A DNA stretch of 64,000 nucleotides from Octopus sinensis (lineage: Eukaryota). The stretch is from assembly GCF_006345805.1 (NCBI RefSeq), contig NC_042998.1, forward strand, positions 149,792,001 through 149,856,000, given 5' to 3'. The notes beneath the pieces are model-generated. The model did no database searches. It saw only the letters and a list, made by a program, of their open reading frames with translations, and was not told the DNA's origin. The translations under genes were made by a program, and so were the position numbers. Positions 55,060 to 64,000 of this stretch are shown here, piece after piece. Positions within the stretch are counted from its first letter, which is position 1; the number at the start of each line of letters is the position of its first letter.

Positions 55060-55090
55060 CGTGTGTGTGTGTGTGTGTGTATGTTTATGT
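54846..55090 (+). mobile_element. SINE family A, 5' half
   Basis: AACCACATGGTTCCGGGTTCAGTCCCACTGCGTGGCACCTTGAGTAAGTGTCTTC...GAAGAAGCCGGTCGTATATA(TG)n. Confidence 0.88.
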
Positions 55091-55698
55091 GTGTTTATTG
55101 AACAATGTATGCAAGAAATAATTTATTTATAGAAACATCCCCTTGTGTCAAAGATAAAATACAAACTCCTAGTAGCAGATGTTTACGACTTTCATCGGAA
55201 AGGGGAGATAAGAATCGGCAACCAGGTTTTTGTCTTCTTCGTATAGCATAGATGGTTGTTAGAATAAATAATGTAACATGAACAGCGCTCAATGTATGAC
55301 CAACTGTTTGTAGGCATGAGGCACATTTGAATAAATGCTATGAATATAACGTTTTGAACTCGTCAACACAGTACAGGCTAGTAAATCTTGCAGATAATCG
55401 GATTATTTATATATATATTTTACTTGCTTCAGTTCGCAGCTATGCTGGAGCATAGTTTCTGCATCTAGCAGAATTTAAACCAACAAATCGACCCCAGAAC
55501 ATTCTTTTAGTCTGATGCAAGGAAAGTGTTGTTTTTTACAGTATAAACTCATCCCAATTTAGTTTGTGTCCTCAAAAATGTTGAAAGAAGTTTCGCAATT
55601 ATAACAGCCAGACTTTTTAAACAGTAGAGTTCAGTGCATAGTTGGTACTTTCTTTACTTGTTCTTCAAAACTTTTAATACATGCCATCAAACGCATAG

Positions 55699-55802
55699 GA
55701 TGCAGCGAAGATTACATTAGAAAAGCCAAAGTCACCAAAGAATGAGATTAACGTTTCATCATCAACAAATACGAGCTCTCAGGCCCAGACAAATCCCACA
55801 CG
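55699..55802 (+). CDS. Candidate 104-nt internal exon (DAAKITLEKPKSPKNEINVSSSTNTSSQAQTNPT)
   Basis: AG-free pyrimidine-rich stretch before CATAG at 55698, strong donor ACG/GTGAGC, open frame. Confidence 0.3.
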
Positions 55803-56361
55803 GTGAGCATTTGGACATATGTACAAAAATCAAATCTCTTGAATTTCTTGTCTTCCCACATTATGAATGTGCAGACAATACTACAGAACAAACACGATGA
55901 CAAAAATTCATTCATTTATTAAAAAATACGAAGCACGGCTGGACAGGCTTTAAAAAAACATCAGTGATGAACGATTCACCTTTTACTATGGATGGTATAT
56001 GACATATACATAGGACAAAAGCTTTGACGGGATCTCGCTGGCTGCCACATGACCTTATCATATTAACATAGCGGGGAAATTGAACGCAAATTTTATTTCT
56101 ATAAAAACAAATCATTTTTACAACAACGGCCACAACACAAAAATTTGCGACACAGTTCCACATAACACTTTTGAAAATCAAATGTGAAACCTGTTATTCA
56201 TGTATGTATGTGCGTTTGTAAGTATATGATATAAGCAAAAGGGAGTGGATTTCATAACACACTTCATTGCGTAATGCTACAATCATTTTATCAGCAGATC
56301 ATTGCTAAAATATTATTATATATGTGAAATAATACATCGTACCAATATTATTTCAGCAAAA

Positions 56362-56570
56362 AGATGGTGAATTGGCAGAATCGTTAGCACGCCGTGCAAA
56401 ATGCTTAGCAGCATTTCATCCGTCTTTAGGCTTTGAGTTCAAATGCCGCCGGAGTGCACTTTGCCTTTCTTCGTTTTGGTTTTCATAAAATATGTACACT
56501 AAGATCAATGCAATCGACTTACCCACTCTCTCAAAATTACTGGCCGTGGCCGCAATTTGAAACCAATAGT
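56362..56570 (+). mobile_element. SINE family B, diverged
   Basis: GGTGAATTGGCAGAATCGTTAGCACGCCG..GAGTTCAAATGCCGCCGGAG. Confidence 0.75.
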
Positions 56571-57356
56571 ATTACTTCAGCAATATTGGCAAGAGTCAAT
56601 TCTTCAGATATAAGCACAAAATATTTGCTACATCATGCCATATTTCATAGAATACGTACTTCACGCTGTTTTTATTATTGAATCACCGTGACGTATATAT
56701 ATTCTTATCAATATTACCGAAGTAATACTGAAACACTGTGTTATTTCATATATTATATAACAATATTTTGGCAATGATCTGCGGATAAAGTGACGATGAA
56801 AAGATTGTAGTATTATGCAATAGAGTGTGTTGCTCAATCCATTTCGTTTTTGCTTATATTTTATACATAATCTACGGTTATTCACGGATTTACAGATGTA
56901 TCATAATTTATATGATCGGTTTTCGCTGTAAATGTAACGAGCATTTAATGTAAACTGTAAGTTTTATACCTAAATTGAATGTAGATGTATAAATGCGCGC
57001 GCGCGTGTTTATGCACATGTCCAGTCAAGAGGGTATGTCAACTTTGATGTACACAAAAGACTGATGACTACTGAGAGAGAATGCTACGCTTATTTCATAT
57101 TGAATCAAGTGAATTAGCATTCAGAAACTGTAATATAAAATTAGTAAATTACTTATCAACTCAACAATTGTGTAAATCGATAAAACAGGAGGGAAAATAG
57201 TTTTGGGTCAATGTGAATGCGTATGAATACTAGAATATGTTACCCAGCATGGTGGTCGTCAAATGACAGAATCCAGTGGAAGACTAGAATGGGCATTGCA
57301 ATGAATGTAAGCACGCGCGCGCACGTGTGTGTGTGTGTTGTGTGTGTATGTGTGTG

Positions 57357-57402
<46 letters not shown>

Positions 57403-57844
57403 CTGTGTGGAAATGGAAAATGATCAGAAAAGGCATTTCTATTCATTTTTCAAATATATAACTCTACCAAGGACTATCTAATACTATTATATGTGTGCGT
57501 GTTTGTTGTTTTGTTTGTTTGAGTGTGCGTGTGTGTGTGTGTGAGTGTGTGTGTATGTGTGTTTGTGTGTGTTTGTGTGTGCTTGTATGTGTTTGGGTGT
57601 ATATGTGTGAATATATGTAGAAAAAACAAAACTGGAGACAGTTCATAAATTTTTAACTACGTCATCTTACACGTGTTTCGGTGAAGATAATGGCCGGATC
57701 ATGCAATCGGAGCCGGTGAAGTTTTCTAAGTGTATGCAGATATATATATGTGTGTGTGTGTACATTTATATGTATATATATACGTATATATATATATATA
57801 TGTATATATATGTATATATATAAATACACATACATATGTGTATA

Positions 57845-57891
<47 letters not shown>

Positions 57892-58159
57892 ATGTATAAT
57901 ATATACGTGTGTGTATGTGTGTGGTGTGTGTGTGTGTGTGTGTGTGTGTGAATCAAGAGACTTAGAGAAAGAAAGACAGATAGGTAGAGATGATGAAAGA
58001 AAGGAAATGGATGTTTGTGCATATGATGTGTTAGGTTCGAGATAAATGAAAAGACAGTCTGATATGACAGTGTCCTGAGGTAGGGAAAAGATAAATAGGA
58101 AGAGAGAGAGAGAAAGCGAGAGTGAGAGAGAAAGGGAAAGAGAAAAGTTGAGGCAGCGA

Positions 58160-58166
58160 TGCTAAC

Positions 58167-58218
<52 letters not shown>

Positions 58219-59480
58219 ATGCTAGTAGTAGTCGTAAAAAAGACGGCGAAGTTTACTAATTGTAGCGGTTGTGTCGATAGTGGTGGTAAAATAAAAATCA
58301 GTAGCATTTGCGATATATCTAGTTGTGGCAGCAGCAGCAGCAACAGTGGTAGTAGTAGTAGTATAGATTTTGCTTGTGGTGGTTGTGGATAATAGCAACA
58401 CCAGCATCAGCAGTATCAGCATCAGCAGTAGTAGTAGCAGCAGCAGCAGTAGTAGTAGCAGCAGCACTAGCAGCAGCAGCAGCAGCAGTAGCAGTAGTAT
58501 AGTAGTAGTAGTAGTAGGTAGTAGTAGTAGTAGTAGTAGTAACGGTTTAGAAGTTGTTACGGTGCCTACGGTAGCGGTGGTGTTGGTGGTTCGGCAAAAG
58601 AACGGAAGAGCAGAAGGGGAAGAAGGGGAGCAGGAGGAAAGGAAGGGTAGGAGGTAAAGTTTAGAATGTCTGTGAATTGTGGCGCCATGCCAGGTATTAA
58701 TTCAAAGTAGGAGTGTTAGGCAAAACTAACCGAATTACTGACTCGCTTGGTGCTGACTTAATTTCTTCAATTAAGGCATCTAGTTCTATTAATTGCTAAT
58801 TATCATAATAATGAGAGGCTGGCTGGGGCGGTAGCAGCCATGGCGGTGGGGGAGGGGCGGTGGTGATGGCGGGTGTTGTGGTTAGAGGTGGAGACGGTTG
58901 TGAGAGGCGGTGATGAGGTGGTGGGAGGTGGTAGGAGGTGGTGAGAGCTGTTCGTAATAATGCGTAGTTGGAGTTGGTAGTGATGTTGTAATGACGGAAG
59001 TAGTGGTAGTGATGATGATAATGATGATGATGATGACGATGGTGGTGGTGGTGGTGGTGGTGGTGGCAGTAGTAGGAGTTTAAGTGGTAACAGGAGAGTA
59101 CAGGTATCGGTCGTAGTAGCCTTGATGACAATGATGGTGGTGGTGGTGGTGATGGTGCCAATGTTGGCAGTAATGGTGATGCTATTGCGCTGGTGGTGAC
59201 GATGGTTGTGGTGGTGATGTTGGTGGTGGTGGTTGTGTTATGGTGGTGGTAGTGGTTGGTGGTGATGGTGAGGGTGGCGTGATAATAGCAATAGAAGTGG
59301 TCGTAATGATGATGGCGGGGCTGGTGCAAGTGGTGGCGGTGATGGTGATGATCTTGTGCTGGTTATGGTGGTAATGGTGGTGGTAGTGGTCTGATGGTTG
59401 CATGGGTAACGTTGATGTCTGCGACTGCGACGGCAGTGACATTAGCGTTGAAGAATGGAAATGGTTGAGACGGGTTTGTA
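58160..59480. repeat. (TAG)n/(CAG)n and G-rich (GGT/GAT) trinucleotide mosaics
   Basis: Direct reading. Confidence 0.9.
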
Positions 59481-60094
59481 ACATGATTACTCACAGCACA
59501 ACAGCAAACAAGAAAGCCTCGAGGTAATCTCCCGTTATACTAGAAATAGCTGCTAAGCCTCCAACAAATCGCTGTCAACCGTCTTAAGTACAATGGGATT
59601 TTGGGAGCATATCGGAAAACCTGCGAGATGATACGGCTAGAACTTGGATCACGAACCTGTTCGACTAAGACTGATCTAGGATCAACGAACGGCAATAACG
59701 AAAACTGCAGCAACGACAACAACAACATCAGTACCGAAAACAATGATAGCAACAACAACAGCGACGAGAGAAACAAAATGCCGCAGAAATAACTCATAGC
59801 ACGAATATTCTTTACTCCCACAGCCGATGATCTGAAGAATTCTCGGTCTTTAGAGGAAGAGTCAACCGTTCATATCTTGGCAATGCCACGGGAACTGAAC
59901 TATATCTAGGATGAAGATATGTGTCGTTTCCGCATTTAAGATGATGCAATGCAGCATGAGGGACGTTTTAGCTACTATTTCCTCTGAATCCCTAATGACC
60001 ATTTAAAGGATCCTTTATTGACGACGACAATCTCTTCTGTGTTGGAACTTCAGGGTTCCGTAATTCACTAACTACAGAAGTCGTATATTTCAAG

Positions 60095-60280
60095 CTGTTA
60101 TTGTTATTTAACCTAATATCAACTCTGATTGAGCAGACCTATTATCAAAGACCTTCCAACCATGACCAATTTGTATCTTGGCCTTCAATATCTAGAACAA
60201 CAAAATGTCCTTCTGTTTTTACGACTTTTACGGCTATGATTTAAGGGATGTAGCTATTTCTAGCCGAAGTCCTGCATAGA
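60095..60280 (+). repeat. Unclassified dispersed repeat (family D)
   Basis: GATTGAGCAGACCTATTATCAAAG...GCTATTTCTAGC; inverted fragments at 22290, 59540 and 61900. Confidence 0.45.
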
Positions 60281-60529
60281 AATACCCTCGTTTACAGAAG
60301 CAGTGTTGGCCTTATTACAAACACCGTCGCCGCCATTACAACCACCGCCACCCCAACACCACCACCACCACCACCACCACTACACTACCATCATCACCAC
60401 CCGAAGAGTTGCAATGACGAAACTGACTCATCGAAGGACGGTGTTTCTCACACCAATGGTTACACCAGTGGATAGATGCTTAGATATAACTATTATCAGC
60501 AACTAATTCAAGCAGTAAACTTATTAATA

Positions 60530-61820
60530 CGAGGGGCGTTCAATAAGTAATGCCTCTGACCCACTTGCAGTTGTTTGATCTAGCTGAAATTTTGCAAGTG
60601 CAATTATCTATATCTCTATAGATTAAGTGGCAAATTACAGCTCTGAATTAATTGTGGTTTCTGATTTACAGGTGTCTGAACTGAGTCAAGTGTGAAATGG
60701 AGCCTATTGAGTGTCGGGCAGTGATACGCTTTTTATATTTGAAAGGACGCACACCACGGGAGACTTTTGATGAAATGAAAGTAACTTATGGTGATGATGC
60801 CCCATCATATGACCTTGTAAAACGCTGGCATTGTGAATTCAAACATGGTCGGAACTCTGTGGAAACAGCTCCCAGATCTGGTCGCCCCCTACTGCTATTG
60901 ATGAGGCATCTGTCCATCAAGTTGAGGCTGCCATTTTCGAAGATCGACGCATGACTATTCACCAAATAGCCCATGAGGTCAAGATTAGTACCGAGTCTGT
61001 GGAAACCAATCATTCATGACCATTTGCATATGCAAAAGGTGTCTGCCAGATGTATTCCCAGGTTGCTCACACCTTTCCGGAAGCAAGAATGCGTCGTGTG
61101 CTCGAGGATGAATTTGGAGATGTGCCAAGAAGATGAGTCAACATTTTTCAAAAGACTGATTACACAGGATGAAACCTGGGTCCATCACTATGATCCAGAG
61201 ACAAAAGCCCAGTCAATACAGTGAAAGCACCGTGACTCACCCCCTCCAAAGAAGGCAAGGGTGCAGCCCTCCACTAGCAAGGTCATGCTCATATTCTTCT
61301 GGGACCAGGACGGAGTAGTGATGACAGAATTCCTAGCAAAGGGTACCACAATTACAGGAGCCTATTATGCTTCACTTTGAGGAAATTAAGAGAAGCTATC
61401 AAAATCAAGAGGCGGGGCAAGATCAGCAAAGGCATCCTCCTCCTGCAGGACAACGCTCCGGTCCACAACTCGATGGTCGCCAGATCAGAGGCACAGGCGT
61501 GCGGCTATGAACTCCTCCCCCATGCCCCTACTCTCTTGACCTTGCACCCTCGGATTTTCACCTCTTCCCAGCCATGAAGTTGTTTTTGAAAGGAAAGCGT
61601 TTCCCAGATGATGCAGCCTTGATTTCTGACGTCACGTCGTGGTTGGAGGACCAAGCTGGGGTCTTCTACAAAAACGGTCTCCAGAGCTGCATTAAACGAT
61701 GGGAGAAATGCGTAACTCTGGGTGGTTTCTATGTAGAAAAAGACTAATAACTGTGCCAAGTTTCGTTGCTCTACTGCTATGGGAAGTGGGTCAGGGGCAT
61801 TACTTATTGAACGCCCCTCG
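60530..61820 (+). mobile_element. Full-length (1291 bp) mariner, irritans/Bytmar-like, transposase pseudogene
   Basis: TA-CGAGGGGCGTTCAATAAGTAATGCC...GGCATTACTTATTGAACGCCCCTCG-TA; MEPIECRAVIRFL..RSGRP, TQDETWVHHYDPETK, LQDNAPVH; frameshifts and stops. Confidence 0.95.
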
Positions 61821-62049
61821 TACATGACATAACATGTTAAGATAGGTAAACACTATCGCTCTGAGAAACCAAACAAGGAGAGCAGACATATTTACAATTT
61901 CAACCAGGATTTCAGCTATAATAGAATCTAGACGGCTGCTAAATTTAGGAGGGTCTGTAAAAGAGATTTTTTATAGAAGATTCTCGCAATTATAACAAAT
62001 TAATGGTCAACACTTATAACATATATTACTACAAATACTGCCAGGATAA

Positions 62050-62640
62050 TCCTAGTAGTTGCAAAACATCTCTTTCGAATTAAATACAGATCAATAAGCT
62101 ATGTAACGGATATAGTGTTAAGAGAAGCTATACCTGCTTAGAAAATATTACTTCCTGTATCAAAATTCATAACCGAAATCGTACATACACACCGATTTAA
62201 CCGTAGCAATCACTGTAACAGCCGAAATCAAACCACCTTTCTGAGTGGATTCTCTTCTGCTAAAGCTGTGGTATATAGAGCGACATTCATCCAATTCAAC
62301 TGTAACTACATAAACTATGCGTCACTCACTGTTAACAGTTTCAAAGGATGGTATAACCAACATCTGCACACCTTTATGTCCAAGAACAGGCAAAACTCTA
62401 CTTCTTGATCCAATTCTATTTAGAAACTCAGAGACCAAGGACCTGACTGCCCAACTATATTTTGGAACATCACGTGTACTACGTCATGCTCTAATGAAAT
62501 ACGTAACTGCAAACTCTGCCTTCAATCGAAAATTTCGACGTAATTTCCGATTTTGCAGTTGACAATTTCTCTAATAACAATTTCAACTAATCGAACTGGA
62601 AAATAACACAAGCTAGGCTACAACAAACGTGAATAATGAT
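62050..62640 (+). mobile_element. Decayed Penelope-like element (linker and GIY-YIG), related in type to 36490-37255
   Basis: VKRSYTCLENITSCIKIHN, CNSRNQTT..VVYRA, FKGWYNQHLHTF..NSTS, IFWNI..NCKLCLQ. Confidence 0.7.
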
Positions 62641-63089
62641 GAGTAGCCACGAAAGCTAATCTCGGCTCAGTTACTGCTTTACAATTTAGAAGCATTATAT
62701 GGTGACAATGTCATCACGTGATCTGCCTCTACAGCTGGGAACCAATTTTATCAACTATCAATAAGGACCTGCCATTCAGGTTGTTTGCGCCGAAATTTTA
62801 GTTTATGGTGAGCATCAGAATTATGCGACATGGGAGTTTTTCGTACTTATAAATCTCCGAGTAATCTCGAATTTAATGCTTTGATGATTTTCTTGACTTT
62901 TATATTTGAACTTGATTCGGATGACGGATTCATTCTAGAATTAATCAAGCTTGTTCTGTTTTGGAAGGTTGTCATCGTTCAAGAATGTTCCTGTCGATGA
63001 TTTCTTTCTTCTTACACTTTGCAAAATTCACACACTCACACAAACGCACCCACCCAACACACACATACACATACGCACGCACGCACACG

Positions 63090-63128
<39 letters not shown>

Positions 63129-63134
63129 GTCTTT

Positions 63135-63305
63135 TGTTTCTTTTACTTGTTTTAGTTATTAGACTGCTGCCATGCTGGGGCAGCAGCCTGAAGGATAATT
63201 TGCCTGCAACTTATTTTATTGGTCCTTTTGCCGAACCAACAAGTTACGGGGACAGAAGCATATCAACATCGGCTGTCAAGTGGTGGTGAGGAACAAACAT
63301 AGGAA
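63135..63305 (-). mobile_element. SINE family A, 3' half
   Basis: TTACTTGTTTTAGTTATTAGACTGCTGCCATGCTGGGG..GCCGAACCAACAAGTTACGGGGAC. Confidence 0.75.
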
Positions 63306-63329
63306 TAAACGAGCGCACACAGATATATA

Positions 63330-63850
63330 TTTCCCGTCGTTCACCCGCGACGTCACTTCCGCTGCTGTCTCTCTCGCCTGGCTCTCTCAAGGTAATGGAC
63401 GACTTTTCTTCTTGCTCCGCTCGTCATCCATAAAAAATTCTGCGTTTGCAATACTTTTTTTCGTTCGGCGTCAACAGCCCTTCTTATCTTGTTTTTCCTT
63501 GTCCTGTCCTTTACTGTTTACGATTTGTACTGTCGTTACTGTCCTGTTTTTACCATTTTTTACCCCTCTGCGAAAAGATCTCATAATTTTAATTGATTTG
63601 CTTTTTGCAGGAAGGAAAGTTTTCTTGTCGAAGATACGTCTCGCTTTTATCCTTCGAAACGTAGAGTAGATGAAACCTTTAGCGACTGAAGGAGGGTTTT
63701 TTTCTTTGTGTTAATTGTCCCGTACTCTATTTTTTTTGCTGTTTCTAAATCAATGTCCAGTTCCTTTGGTTTGTGTCTATGTTTTCGTTTCTCATTGTGT
63801 TCGACGTCCCTTTGGTGTCCTGTACTCATATATGCGTGTATATGTACATG
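63330..63850 (+). repeat. Structured T-rich repeat (family E), second copy
   Basis: Hairpin at 63568-63610, CCTTCGAAACGTA...CTGAAGGAGGG, and GGTGTCCTGTACTCA end shared with 30040-30460. Confidence 0.6.
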
Positions 63851-63944
63851 TAGAGGTAGGTACGTACATATATGTTTATATATATGCATATGTTTTATTT
63901 TATTCATTAATATATTATATATATATATTTATATATATATTCTT

Positions 63945-64000
63945 TTATTCTTCTAATTGTTTCAGTCATTTGACTGCGGCGAAGCTGGAGCACCGCGTTT
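63945..64000 (-). mobile_element. SINE family A tail, cut by the window edge
   Basis: TTTCAGTCATTTGACTGCGGCGAAGCTGGAGCACCGC. Confidence 0.8.

Noticed and set aside
57661-57720. GAAA-CACGTG-UA on the minus strand with a repeated CTTCACCG
   Set aside because: Only a 3' half; CUGANGA and the stem I partner are absent
62910-62960. CGGATGA-cggattc..gaatt downstream of the PLE remnant
   Set aside because: The position is plausible for a pLTR HHR but the core and GAAA are too decayed to call

Overview
AT-rich eukaryotic DNA saturated with microsatellites ((TA)n, (TG)n, (TAGA)n, (TACA)n, trinucleotide mosaics) and decayed transposable elements. The SINE families resemble those known from octopus, so a coleoid cephalopod source is likely (inference). 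No intact host gene is visible. Nearly all ORFs in the track are microsatellite artefacts or TE fragments, and only a few low-confidence plus-strand exons could be proposed. TEs identified: Penelope-like elements (PLEs, including a 2.55-kb head-to-head palindrome), R4/Dong-type RLE LINEs, RTE LINEs, a CR1/L2-type LINE end, mariner, Tc1 and hAT transposons, MITEs, and CORE-type and Nin-type SINEs. The main signal is RNA-level: about 12 type I hammerhead-ribozyme (HHR) motifs from several unrelated PLE-like or retrozyme-like repeat families. They have short palindromic helix III. The core 3-8 tertiary pair occurs in three Watson-Crick states (C3-G8, U3-A8, G3-C8), and stem I covaries between copies of one family. 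Several motifs sit in fold-back or terminally redundant units next to (TA)n. All folds were parsed by eye and activity is untested. TE boundaries are approximate unless TIRs or TSDs are given.
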